A DNA stretch of 64,000 nt. Source: Selaginella moellendorffii. Taxonomy: Eukaryota; Plantae; Lycopodiophyta. The notes under the pieces were generated by a model. That model was not told the DNA's origin and did no database searches. It saw nothing but the letters and a program-made list of their open reading frames with translations. This document shows positions 1-12,404 of this stretch, piece by piece (within the stretch, counting starts at the first letter, position 1; each line of letters opens with the position of its first letter). Location: positions 1,165,674 to 1,229,673 of the forward strand of contig NW_003314261.1 in assembly GCF_000143415.4 (NCBI RefSeq). Direction: 5' to 3'. The position numbers and the translations under genes were made by a program.

Positions 1-43
1 AGAAAAGCGAAGACCAGCAAGGAAGTGAGGGTGTTTTACCATT

Positions 44-1295
44 TTACAAAGAAACAACATCTTCGTTGCGCTTGCTGTTTTTACTCGTTCGTGGCTTCCT
101 CTGAGTATGTAAATGTGATGGAAGAAGCTTTTGATGCGAAGACAGCTCCGCAATGAACAGAACAGCGTGAGCCCAGCCAGCGTACGCTCCGAAACGGCTT
201 ACAAACGCCTGCGCCACGGCGCTGTGCATTTTGGATGTGAGGCGTTGTCCGGCGAGCTCGGGTTTGAGATATTGCACGGCAATCTGTCAAAGAACAAAGA
301 TAATTAGCAAAGACTTTGAAGAAAACTTCACAAGAACTGTGTTTTGTTGGAACCAGTCTTGTGTTCGTGCAGCAACGATTGCACGAACGAAAAACTATGT
401 AAACATGTACCTGCCATACGTGAGTGTCAACTGGAATGGCGTCGTGTTTGTCAAGCGAAAACAGCGACACGCATGCGGCGACCTTGGGACCGATTCCAGG
501 GAGTGTACACAGTGCAGCAGTCGCCTGTTCTAGCGATCCTTCTCTCAAGGACTTCAGCCATTCATCACCACCACTTTCCTTGGAACGCAGGGTCTCCACG
601 GCTCCTACAATATACTTGGCTCTACAAGAAAGAGTTAGAAACAAAGAAGAAGCCACCATCTTTGCTACAAAGAAAAGAAAAGAAGGAAACCTGTATCCAA
701 ACCCAGCGTCTCTAAGTTGTTTCTCGGTGAGGAACGATAGTTGCTCGAGCGACGGGAACTGGAAGAAGGATTGTCCATCCACGCAGCCAAGCGGAGATCC
801 CTGAGTAGCGAGAAAATCCACCATCTTCGTTATCCTCTGGATGTGATTGTTGGAGGAGCATATAAACTGGAAGACGCATTCCACTGGATCCTGCCTCAGC
901 ACTCTCGCCCCTTGAATGTAGGGAGCCACAGCAGCAAATCGCTCGTCCGCGGCACTGAAAGAGCTCCACAGAGCCGCCAGCGACGTATCCAGCGTGAAGA
1001 ATTCTCGCAGCGCCTCCTTGGCGCCTGGAAATTCCGTGTGGAGGCGATAGAGTGTGTCCTGCGGCGTCTGCCGGAGCGAGACGAGGTGAGGCCCCAGAGC
1101 TCCCGTGAACACGCCGGGACTTGTTTGCTTCCACAAGAATGTCTGACCTGTGAGGAGCGTGAGGGCGAGATTGAGCTCCACTGGAGGAACGCTGAGGCTC
1201 CGCCATTCTTCCCGCGCCCGCGGCTTCTTCGTGATTCTCTCCGGCGTGGCGACAGCGATCGCGAAGCTCAAGCTCCGCTTAGCGATGGGCGCCAT
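44..1295 (-). CDS. OGG1: 8-oxoguanine DNA glycosylase/AP lyase (3 exons: 1295-691, 621-411, 283-44)
   Basis: OGG_N-like LNLALTLLTGQTFLW, RVLRQDPVECVFQFICSSNNHIQRI, HhH-GPD motif LPGIGPKVAACVSLFSLDKHDAIPVDTHVWQ and C-terminal FGAYAGWAH. GT-AG introns at 690-622 and 410-284 restore the frame (GFGYR|AKYI, VWQ|IAVQYL). Confidence 0.95.
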
Positions 1296-1322
1296 TTTCT
1301 CTTTTAGGGCAGGAAGGAGGAT

Positions 1323-1331
1323 TTAGGGTTT
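1323..1331 (-). promoter_or_regulatory. Telo-box (AAACCCTAA) in the OGG1/UTP7 divergent promoter
   Basis: TTAGGGTTT in the 47-bp gap between the two start codons. Telo-boxes are typical of plant ribosome-biogenesis gene promoters. Confidence 0.6.
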
Positions 1332-1342
1332 ATGCGAGGGAA

Positions 1343-3418
1343 ATGGTTGCGCCTGGCGGCAAACACAAGCGCTTCTTCGAGGTCGGCGATAGCGATGAGA
1401 ATGTGAGTGGTTTCGCAGCTCTGCTCGCTCTGATCAATCGTTTCTTCTTAGAAATCGGATGAGGGGCCGAAGAAGCAGCGCAAGGAATTGGATCCCGACG
1501 TCGAGAAGCGATTGATTGAAGCCAAAGTGAAAGCAGTGCGTGGATTTATTGTAGCTCTAGAGGTTGTGATTGATCTTTGCCTTTGCAGCTTCCCCAAAGC
1601 AATGAGAACACCGACACTATCAAGCCGAAAATCAGGAAATACAATCGGGGAGAACGACTCTCCGTGAAAGTAAGATGGAAATTATTTTCTGTGATGCTAC
1701 TTGGCTAAAATTCTTGGTTCGCAGGGATTGAAAGACAAGAAGCTCAAGTCTCAGCTCAAAACCAAAGAAGATTTGTTTGAGAAATCTGCTCTTACAGCCG
1801 CGAAAGTAGAGCAAGTAAGGTTTTTTTTTTCTTCTACTCTTTTGATACATTCCTAGCTTTAACGTTGAGCTTTCTTCAGTGGCTTCTACCGAGCGAAGGT
1901 GGAGCTTTAGAGGCGGACGATGGAGAAAATACCTATGACTACACTCAAGAAGACATCGTGAAGAACGTTGATATTTCAAGCGCGCACAAAGCATTTGATC
2001 TCAGACTTCCAGGTTTGCAAGTAATCTTTCTCTCCCGTCAGCTATTGGTTTGTTTCTTCTTCTTTTCTGCTGCAGACTTGGGTCCTTACACGATAGATTA
2101 CACTCACAGTGGTCGATATGCGCTTATTGGCGGCCGGAAAGGACACCTTGCCGTGATCGATTGGAAAACTAAGTATCTCATGATGGAAACTCAAGTGAAA
2201 GAGACTACACGCGATATCAAGTTCCTGCACAACGAGCAGTTTTTTGCTGCTGCTCAGAGCAAGTAAGTGCTTTCTTACGTTTGCGTGGATTTCATTTTTC
2301 TTTGTAGATATATTTACATCTACGATAAAAAGGGCGCTGAAGTCCACTGCCTAAAGGTAAATAGATCAAACTTACATGCAAAAGTATCGATGCTTGTTCT
2401 GCTGCAGGAATTTGTAGCTCCACTGAAACTGGAGTTCCTTCGACACCACTTTCTCCTAGTCAGCACCAACAAGGCCGGAGTCCTTCACTACCAGGACACA
2501 AGCACGGGTCAGATAGTGGCAAATTACTCTACGAGACTGGGACCTTGCCGTGTTCTTCGAGCGAATCCTTACAATGCCGTTGTGAGCCTGGGCCACAGCA
2601 ACGGGACAGTGACTCTGTGGACTCCAAACATGGGTACACCTTTGGTGAGGATGCTGTGTCACAGAGGCGCTGTGACTTCCACGGCATTCGACATGGGAGG
2701 GAGCTATATGGTAACAGCAGGCGCAGACGCGAGGATCAAAGTCTGGGACATACGAAAGATGCAGGCTCTTCATTCCTACATGGCGTTTCAGTCGACCAAG
2801 TCACTAGACGTAAGCCAGAAAGGCTTGCTCGCGGTCGGCAGTGGCTCCACGATCGAGATCTGGAAGGATGCGTTTCAAGTCAAGCAGGAAAAGCCATACA
2901 TGAAGCACAAGCTCTTCCAGAACTCGACCATCCAGGATTTGAGCTTCTGTCCATACGAAGACGTGGTTGGGATTGGTCACACAGGGGGAGTGACATCCAT
3001 TCTCGTCCCCGGCTCGGGAGAGCCAAACTTCGACAGCTTCGTGGCGAATCCTTTCCAGACAGTGAAGCAGCGGCACGAAGCGGAGGTCCACGCGCTCCTG
3101 GACAAGCTCCAGCCGCAGACGATCATGCTGGATCCTCAGAAGTTTGGAGCGGTGGACAAGAACCCCCGGAAGAACTTGCGGGAGCAGGAAGAAGAGGAGG
3201 ACGAGTCGAAGAAGATCCAAGGCCAGAAGAAGGCCAAGCGCAAGACCAAAGGCCGGAACAAAGTTGGCAAGAGAATGGCGAAGAAACAATTGGAGGCTTT
3301 CGGCACGAAGCGATCGATAATTCGCGAGCAGCAGCAGCAGCAAAAGCAAATGAAAGGAGCTCTCGTGAAGGAACGAGAGGAGCCTTTGCCACGAGCGCTC
3401 GAACGCTTTGCTAGCTAG
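1343..3418 (+). CDS. UTP7: U3 snoRNA-associated protein 7 (WDR46/BING4), WD40 + BING4CT, multi-exon
   Basis: Spliced N-terminus MVAPGGKHKRFFEV...LKDKKLKSQL, then WLLPSEGG, LGPYTIDYTHSGR, WD40 repeats and BING4CT motif VPGSGEPNFDSFVANPFQTVKQRHEAEVHALLDKLQP. Several 45-65 bp GT-AG introns. Confidence 0.93.
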
Positions 3419-3455
3419 ATCAACCAACGGCCCAGGTCGATTTGAGTGTCTCAGA

Positions 3456-3552
3456 ATTCTAGAATATTCTCACAATGGAGCGGAATATGCTCCTTTCAGA
3501 ATATCCTTATGCGCTCTAGAAGATTCTCATAAAAACCCATAACAAACCCTAA
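3456..3552. promoter_or_regulatory. Cluster of P1BS-like (GNATATNC) motifs, a heat-shock element and a telo-box
   Basis: GAATATTC 3462, GAATATGC 3483, GAATATCC 3499; TTCtaGAAtaTTC 3457-3469; AAACCCTAA 3544. Confidence 0.4.
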
Positions 3553-4119
3553 CAGCATGATTTGGATTTGTCTCCGTTACTACTGACATGCTCGATTTGG
3601 ATTGTCAATAACTACTTGGATGTTCTTGCCACCAAATTTTCAAAGAAGCAGACTATCAAACCAAAGGTTTAATCAACGTACGAATACCGTTAGAATCAAC
3701 GGCTTGGATCGAGCGAGCAAGAGAGAGACACAGGGACAGGGGAAAAAGGAAGTCTGTTTGATTGGCTTGCCAGCTGGTATGAGATCCAACGGTGCTCTAC
3801 GGACAAAGGTTTAGCTATTTGGACCTCCACACAGTCGAGAGCAAGGGCGCTGGCTAGGCGCTGTGAGGGCGGCGGGGTTTTGGATTGGAGATCGCGATCG
3901 ATCTGCCTAGGGTATGGATTTTTTGACGGGATCCTTGGAATTTCTTGCATTGTTTCGCGGGATTGCGGCATTGTTGCTGTGATTCTGTGCGCTTCGGTGC
4001 TTGTTTTGTGTGATTTGATGCTCGGGAGGGTCAGATCTCGCCTGCATTCTTCGATTTGCCCCCCCAGGAACATTCCATTGGGCCCTAATGGGATTATTGG
4101 AATTCATGCCGCTTTTCAG

Positions 4120-5371
4120 ATGAACAATGCGATGTCTCGGCGTCCGAGAAGGTCCTCGGACGATTCGGGAGGCAATGGATTGTCCAGCTCCGCGCAGGCT
4201 CAGAGCAAATCGGACTCCTCTTCGCTAGTCTCCGCCTGCGTTCTATTCGTCGTAAGTAGGCTGCCAAATTTCTTCTTTCTTTTTTGTATCCTACGAACTA
4301 TTGTTCTATTGGCTCGTTCTTCTAAAGCCTTCCTTTGTTTTTCCCAGGTTATGGTGTTGTTTTTCGTCTACCTCTTCGGGCCCTCAAGTATGTGATCCAT
4401 TTCTTCTTCTATGCTTTGGGACTAAATCGCATCACTTCGTTCATTGTAGCCTTCCAGCACCACTCAAAGACTTCGCCATCCTCGGCTGTAGCAACAGCAA
4501 GGAAGCTCAATCCATCCTTACTTCTGCGCTCGCTTCCAGTGGAAACTCATACGCATGACACTGAAGAGGAGGATCAGCACGAACAGCTAAAGTCCATTGC
4601 TGGTACTCACTATTCGTTTTCTTCCTGTTGTTCAACTTGAGAGCTTTTTCTCTTTAGACAATAACTCGGAGGAAGCGTCTGCTGGAGTGCTGGACGCTCT
4701 ACCGTTGCTGCAAGAGGTGTATGGAAAACACATGAAAGCAGTTCTTCACATCGGACCGCAGACGTGTAACGTCGTCGCCAGGCTGCTTCAAGACGAAGGC
4801 GGACAGGCATGGGGTGTGGAACCATCGGAGATGACAAATCCAAGCTCGGTTTGCAAGAGCCTCGTCAAGAAGGGATTAGTCCGTATTGCGGACGTTCACC
4901 GGGGACTCCCATACAGATCAAAGTCATTCTCCCTGGTCCTGGCAAGCAACACACTCGAGCACTTGACATCTCGCCAGCTGAACAGAACACTTCCGGAGCT
5001 AGCTCGACTAACCAGCCATGCCATCGTTGCTTTCATCTGTAAGCCTTCTCTATCTTGTTTCACGTCTTTCCAGCATCCTCTCGTCTCTAACGCGCTGAAT
5101 TCTTGCACAGCTAGTCAGCCATCGCAAGTATCATCGGCCAGGCAGCTCCAAGCGGCACTAAAATCCGTAAGAAAAGTTTTTCTATGTGCTTTCGCTGATG
5201 ATCTTTGGACAGATCAAGAGCCACAACCGGACGTGGTGGTCTCGCAAATTCGAGACGGCCGGACTCGACGAAGACGAGGAGATGAGCAAAGGATTTGCCA
5301 GCCTCCAGTTGCAAAGATCGTATAGAAGTTCCGACTATATTTTCCATCTCCTTCCTCGGCAATTCGATTAG
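4120..5371 (+). CDS. CGR3: CGR2/CGR3-like Golgi pectin methyltransferase (type II membrane protein), multi-exon
   Basis: MSRR...SKS..SS.LVSACVLFV N-terminus with TM segment; ALPLLQEVYGKHMKAVLHIGPQTC, AWGVEP, CKSLVKKGLVRIAD, LPYRSKSFSLV, LNRTLPELAR and WWSRKF match the CGR family as I recall it. Confidence 0.85.
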
Positions 5372-5604
5372 CCCAAGAGCTCGTCCACTACTACTACTGC
5401 TATAAAACGATATTAACATGCCACAGTGCGTGGCAAGTTTTTGGTAAGTATAATGAATAGAATGTATAACGTTTTAAGTTTGACTAGAGAAATATGGTCA
5501 ACTCTACATGGTCAAACTAGTAGTTTACCTCTAAGAACGATTCGCTGGATATGCGCTTAGGGTTAGGGTGAGGAGAAGGGGATGACGAGCGTAGCGTAGA
5601 GGTA

Positions 5605-8600
5605 ATGGATGATGCGCTCAGCACTGAGCATCTGAGAGCATTGGCCTTCGCTTCAATCCCTGAAACGTCTCGGAGATCGTATCGCTGGATCAGGGCTGCT
5701 GCTGCGATCGACGAGAAGGAAGAAGGGGAGCTGTCATCGGATGAGAACGCAGATTGTATGGTAGGGCAATGGATTCCTCTCTCGATTTGCGGCTGTTCTT
5801 GAAGCTAGATATTTCGATGCAGGCCAAGCGCAAGGTGAGCGGCAACCACAAGAAGAAGAAGAAAGCAGCGGCAGCTGCGCAGCAATCGAGCGCCTCGCCG
5901 ACTGGAGTGCCGCATTTGCCATTGGATTTGAAGGTAGCAGGGGCGGCAGCAGCACAATCCTTTGGTAAATAGTTTCCTTTTCCATTCCATTTCTCTGGCC
6001 TAGAGTTTTTATAGTATCTACGCAGTGTATCGGCCGCCAGCAAGCACACCGCTGCAAAAGCAAGTGAGTAAAAAATGCCAGTGCTTATCTTCTCTTTTGT
6101 TTCTTGCTTTCCGCAGCGCTAAAGTTTCGCTGTGTTCTTTTGATTCTTTCATCTTCTCTTGGTTTTCTCAGTGCTAAAGTTTCGTCCTGATATTTTCAGG
6201 TCACGAACACTGTTAGTGAAACTCCGCCAGAGATTCCTCAGAAGAACCATTCCATTCCATTCGACAAAGGAGCGAACGACTTGCGCATGGGAACCGCGAC
6301 TAAGACGCTTTCTACCACTGGAGGTTTTTGCGATTTATTTCTCGTGTTTTTCGCTGATGCGTTCGTCAGTGTGTGTTCCAGCACAGCTGCCAAATGGAAA
6401 GGCAAACACTCACAAGGCGAGCAACAATGGCCTTGGCGAGAACCCGTTTCTCATCAAGTTTTCGGACGATGAGAGCGATGGAGAAGATGCGAAAGCAACT
6501 TCAGTGAACGCAGCAAAGCCCGCCAGCTTGCGGGTGGAGATTGACCGGATGAAGAAGCAAATTGCTGCTATCGAGCGAGTAAAAGGGAAGTCACTGCCGA
6601 TTTCAAAGAGTACCAGGCCTGCTGCTGGCAGTCACTCCCGGCAAAATCCTCTTGGTCCGAAGGACTGTGGAACCCAGACCAATCTGGACCTTTTGAGGAA
6701 ACAAATAGCATCGAAGGAGGTTGAAATTCAGCAGCAGAGGCAACGAAGAGAGGTCGTAAATAACTCAACCAACACCTCTAGTCTTCCAGACTCAAGCTTA
6801 CCAGCTTCAAACAACGCGAGTTTTCCGGTTACCGATAATGTATTTTCTCCAGCGACTCAGCAAAACCTGGGAACTCTGGGACCGTCATCCAACACCAGGC
6901 CGGGAGATTCGAGACCTTTGGCAGTTCAGACGATGGATACGTCGACGCACGGTGGGGGGGATAGCATAGGCATCAAGCGTGGTGCCGATAAGGCCATGCA
7001 GGAGGAGGAAGCCAGTACCAAAAGGCAAAAGCTACCAGGTGCTGTGGAAAACGCCTGCGCAGAGGTCTTGCCGCAAAGCGGATGCCTGGAGGTGGCCAAT
7101 CTGTCGACGGAACAAAGGTCGGCTGGCGGACAAACCATGGGCAGTCTTGAGATCGCCGTCGCTGGTATTTCTAGAAGTAAACCGTCGGTTGCGGAACTAG
7201 CCCTGGAAGAAGAAGCGGTTGACAAGGAGTTGGAGTTGGCACAGCACCATCGACACATGTGTGAGATTCGAGAACGCCTGGCTAGGAAAGCGTATCGGGA
7301 AGCCCAAGAAGCGTTGAAGGTGGCTACTGCGAACTGCGACAAACTTCATCGGCGGAGGGATATAATTTCGTTGAAAGTCACAGCAGCTGAAATGAGGTGT
7401 GATGTTATGGAGGAGGGCCGGCCTCTCGAATTAGCTCAAACTTGTTTTGACGCTCCGAAGTTGGACTCCGCCATCGTTCCTTCTGCTGCCGATCAGACAA
7501 ATGTTTCTACTGGCATCGTTACTCGTGACGATGATCCGGCACCTCTTCGCATACTTGAGGAGATCGTTTCAGGACGATCTGTGAGCGAAGCGAAGGAGCT
7601 GGATGCAGACGCAGAGAAGGAGATTGAAACCCAACCTGCCTGTCCGAATGTTCCTGAGAATAATGCTACGAGTTTAATTCAGACGATCACTGCAGAGTCC
7701 GCCGGTAAGCTGGATCATAATTTTGTACGTAAAGTGATCCTCTTTTCTCTTGATGCAGGACTTTGTACCCAGCCACCTGTGGCTTACGATGCTCACGATG
7801 TTTCGAAGGTGATGCTCATATACTTCTATCGATTTATTGTTTTGAAAACTTAATATTTTCTTTTATCAGGCTCCCCTGATCGAAGAGAAGGTACAGGAAG
7901 CTGTAGCAGCTTCAACTTGCGAAGAGGAGGACTTGCAAGGCTCTTCGTCGAGCTCAGAAGAACTCAGAAACAAAATGGACCACCTCGTCGTGGGAAACGA
8001 ATTGGAAACCTCCGGCAGGGAGCCTGTAACTACGCTGGATCCGCTGGAAGACGTCAACGGTGCTGCGAAGCAGGGCAGCTCCACTGAATCTTCGATCGGT
8101 GTAGTTATGGATGACTTGGAAAACACAGGCTTCTCGGTGGAAGTAAGGGACAGCAGTCTGAACGGTACAAAATGGTTTACTAGGTTGTCAGCGGGCCGTT
8201 TGGTTGTTTTTCGGCAATTCATTTTCAAGTCAGCGGTGTGTGGAATTCAAGTGCCAGAAGCAAAGAAGGCATTCGAGGCTACAGCTGAACCTTTCGGCAA
8301 ATACGAAAGTCCTCTGAAGAACTCGACATCGTCTAAAGTATTCGACCCGTTCAAGCCGCTTTGCAAGTACGAGCACCGTGGAAAATGCAACAACGAGCTT
8401 TGCAGTTTTCAGCATGTCAGTCATCACAGGCTGGGATCCATACGGGATAGGCAGGAGGCATCCGAGGAAAATCGAAACAAGCGACAGGCATCCTGGATGC
8501 AGTTCGAAGTGCCAGTGCCGACTTATCGCATCGCTACCTACCTCATGAGAGATTGGCAGGAGATGAATCGCACAAAGTTTTTCAATGTTTCTCCCGTTTC

Positions 8601-10805
8601 TCCCGTCAACTCGTTATACTCGTTCTTGACAACGATATCTATGCAAAGGCCACTACCACAAGACATGCCTTGCATCCTTGATGAGAGGAGTAAATTATTC
8701 AACGAAAACTTTGACGTTTTGCAAGCAGACGTGGTAAATGGAAAACAAATGGTACGTATGCTTTTGGAGTTCCGGGTCAGATTTTTTCTTATGACTTAAA
8801 TTTTCTCAGCTCTCTCGGGAATCTAGTGCCGACGGATGCTTGGACTTGGCTCTAAATATCTTGCAATACGATGTCAACATTGAAAGTTCAAATTGTCTTA
8901 AAAATGTAAGTAGCCATTTACCAGAAGGAGGCAGGTCAGCTTGATGCTGCAGGTAACTCTAGAGGCTACCCTGCTGAGAAGGATATGTGCGTGCTAGGCG
9001 CTACGTGTTTTGTTTAGAGCGTTGGAAGTGAACAAAACGTCGGTGCCTCTATGGGTGGTATATCTGGTTTTAATCTCCATGGAGGATTCAATGACTAAGA
9101 ACGACGACATGTTCCTTCACGCGGTAAAAGCTTTACATCTAAAATTGCGTTTCAACAGTGGACTATGTTCCTGCAGGTGCGACTCAACAAGTACTCGTAC
9201 GACCTTTGGTGTCTTGTTCTTGCCAGCAGAACAAGCCTAGGTGATCTACTCGAGTCATATGACTTGGCTATCCTGTCATTATGCGAAGGAAACAGGCTCA
9301 ATGGCGACGGGCAGAATAGTGCGTGCATCCTCGATTTGGTTTTGAAGATGTTTCACACTTTGGCCATGTCCGAGAACGACGTCTTAAAGTGGATAGACAG
9401 CCTCGTGACTAGTGAAGGAACTTTAAACGGGTGGAAGAGCTCATCAGCTGTCTGGAAGAACTTACAGGCTTCCGAGGCGTGCATCCTCTGGGTTTGCTGC
9501 GCGTACTTCTGTGCCTACGGAACTTTACCAGGATCAGTTATCTCCAGGCTTGGTTGCAAGCAGGAATTGCCTCTTAGCTTGGAATGGGAAACGCCTCAGG
9601 TGGTCAGTGAAGGGATACGATCACGGGTGGTGAAGATGATGAAGACTGCGACAGGTTCTTTAGCGCCGGCAGGGTCCGGGGATGATCTTTCTAAAGAAGT
9701 CTTGGCAGTAAACTTTATCAGGTTTTTGGTGGCCTTTGAGGATGTCGAGTATGCTTCAAACTATTGCCAGCAAGCGGTGCAACTACATCCGTGCTCAGTG
9801 GAGCTGGTAGTTCTTTGTGCGAACGTCCAAAGGTTACGAGGGGGCTGTAAATCCGGGCTGGCGGTTTTTCAGAGCACGTTGTCTAAGTGGCCAAATAAAA
9901 GACCTGGCGTTCAGGCCCTGTGGAATCAGTACGCTGGCCATGCTTTGGAATGGGAAGGGGAGGAGAGGGCGCTAGTTATACTTCAGGAGTGCTCAACGAG
10001 GGAGGCAAGGAATGGACAGACGGACGGGTTGACGTTGTCAACGGGCTCCAAGAGTGTCGAGGATTCCACTTTCTCATTGGTGAACATCGCTCTTTTGGAG
10101 TCATTACGGGGGCGATCGCACGAGGCTCAAGTCGCTCTAGAGAAAGCACTGTCGTCGACGCATGCTGGCACGCATTGCTGGCTGGAGTTTGCCGCCTTCA
10201 AGCTCTCGGCTATAGGTGGTTGTAACTTTCAGGACGTGTTCACGAGCATCTTGGACAGGTGCCATATGCAGTCACGGTTGTCGCCAAAGCTAACTCCTCT
10301 CGGACGGGGCTTTCTAAAGGGCATCAAGAAGCGCAGGATCCGCTGTTTCATAGACACATTGCTCGGGCCAGTTCCTTCCGACTATTCCTTCGTCAATTCC
10401 TTGCTGCGCATGTGTTCCGGCCCAGAGCTACTTCCACGCGACCAGCCAGAGTTTTCCAGGCACTTTGGTGGCGGACTTTTGGAGTTGTTTCCATCGAACT
10501 CCGTCCTGGCGTTGGCCTTTTGTAAGGCGCTCAACACTTCGGATGGCTTCAGTCCTGCAGCAGCAGCCTGGGCTGGTTCGCTTCTTGTGACGTCCTTGCG
10601 GCTCTCTGCTGCTCCCGAAAGATTGTGGCTGGAGGCCGGGGATTGGCTTCAACAGGTTGGTCTGGAAGACTGCTGCGAGAGCTTCTACAGGAATGCTCTT
10701 GCGGCCTATCCGTTTTCGGTTGGTCTGTGGCGACGCTTTATATCTCGAGCAGGGAACCCGGAGGCTGCCGCCGAAGCTGCAAAAGGAGCAGGATTGACGC
10801 TATGA
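5605..10805 (+). CDS. ZFC3H1: ZFC3H1-like PAXT/exosome adaptor (zf-C3H1 plus helical HAT/TPR-like C-terminus), multi-exon
   Basis: N-terminal EEGELSSDE motif, coiled coil EEAVDKELELAQHHRHMCEIRER, zinc finger DPFKPLCKYEHRGKCNNELCSFQH, LRVLFRALE..SVPLW and C-terminal ALAAYPFSVGLW. Confidence 0.82.
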
Positions 10806-11645
10806 GGTATGGAGAGCGCTGGAGTGGAAAGCTGGAAGAATTCCAACGTTCCTCGAGTCCGATATTGGTCTACCTTCCATTTCTTTTACTTTGCTTCTGC
10901 TATCTTCTTCATTGAGACTTACAGCGGATTGTCTTGTGCAGCAAACGTCACTGGACGATAGGAGCGTTCGTTGTAAGACTTAGCATTGTCACGAGCTTGA
11001 CGAGCATTTATTTGCATCTGTTTTGCAGGTGACTGCGCTCGACGGCAAGGAGAAGACAGGTATATACTTCTTGTTTCGGTTGGTTCTCACTTTTCTATCG
11101 CATTCCAGGTAACTTTCTCTCGCGGAAGTTTTCTCGTGAAAAGGTAAACTTTGTGTTTCTTGGTTGCTTGCAATTCCCTTCACCGTGTGGAATTACTGCC
11201 GGAGCACTCGAGAGTCACAGAGTTTTGGTGGTCGATACTAGTACTGGGTGGGGAAAGAAAAAAAAACAGGTGTACAGCGGAGCCGAGGTACCATTTTAGT
11301 TGGCTGCCTAGTTTTGATGGTTTAGAAGGATAATAGATAACAGCAATATAGTCTAGCGGACGACTTCTACATTTTTCTTCTTCGTTTTGTTAGAGGCTTG
11401 GGGCATTCGGGCTTTAGCACGCATAGCTTTAGTCTCTACAGGTTTTCAGCTCTGGAGGGTGAAGCAGAGAGGGATGGAGAGACAGATATCCATGGAAGAA
11501 GAGAAAGATACTCCAGGAGAAAAGATATCCAAGAGACAGATATCCAGAGATTGAACGAAGAAGAAAGATATCCAGGGAATGCAAGAGAACCTGCTAGAAA
11601 AAAGGAAAAAGATCTCCAGGGAAACTGGGAAGGCAGAGGCTTCGT

Positions 11646-12161
11646 CTAGAGCTGTCCAGAGTTGGAGATGAGGATTTTCTTCCAAGGCTTGCCCCCGAGA
11701 GTTGCAGCGGCCTCGATGGCCTTCAACACATTCATTCCATCGACAACGCGGCCAAAGACGACGTGCTTGCCATCCAGCCACGGCGCGGCTCCCAGCGTGA
11801 TGAAGAACTGCGAGGAGTTCGTGTTTGGGCCGGCGTTGGCCATGGACAGGATCCCGGGACCCGTGTGCTTGCGCTCAAAGCTCTCGTCCTGGAACTTTGG
11901 CCCGTAGATGGACTCGCCGCTCGTCCCGTTCCCCTCGATCACGTCCCCGGCCTGCGCGACGAACTCCGGAACGACGCGGTGGAAGGGCGTGCCTTTGAAG
12001 CAGAGGGGCTTGCCGCGCTTGCCCACGCCCTTCTCGCCCGTGCACAGGCACCGAAAGTTCTCGGCCGTCTTTGGCGTGGTGTCGCTGTAGAGCTCCATCA
12101 CGATTCGCCCCACCTTGTGGCTCGCGATGGTGATCTCCAAGAAAACTCGCGGATTTCCCAT
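11646..12161 (-). CDS. Single-domain cyclophilin (peptidyl-prolyl cis-trans isomerase), intronless
   Basis: [78 protein letters not shown] at 12161. Confidence 0.95.
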   Translation of the reverse strand: MGNPRVFLEITIASHKVGRIVMELYSDTTPKTAENFRCLCTGEKGVGKRGKPLCFKGTPFHRVVPEFVAQAGDVIEGNGTSGESIYGPKFQDESFERKHTGPGILSMANAGPNTNSSQFFITLGAAPWLDGKHVVFGRVVDGMNVLKAIEAAATLGGKPWKKILISNSGQL

Positions 12162-12194
12162 TCCCCGACTTTTCAATATGCGATTGCCTCTAGC

Positions 12195-12376
12195 GAATAT
12201 CCTTCTAGGTTAACATAATCTATCATTAAAATGATACGAAGGATATCCTTTTAGGCTTAGCTGCAAGTATATTGTGCGAATATGCCTTTAAGGAATATCC
12301 TTCTAGGTCGAAATGTAGCCTGTTAACACTAAACACAAGATTAGTTTAGAATAAATATAGATACTATGGCATATTC
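12195..12376. promoter_or_regulatory. Five P1BS (GNATATNC) motifs directly upstream of the cyclophilin
   Basis: GAATATCC 12195, GGATATCC 12241, GAATATGC 12278, GAATATCC 12293, GCATATTC 12369. Two of them sit in the direct repeat GAATATCCTTCTAGGT. Confidence 0.6.
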
Positions 12377-12404
12377 CGGGCATATCTAGATAAAATGGCC
12401 GCTT

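Noticed and set aside
741-3427. Long antisense or alternate-frame ORFs over OGG1 and UTP7 (likewise over the cyclophilin, lectin and FUT)
   Set aside because: Shadow ORFs expected from GC-rich codon usage.
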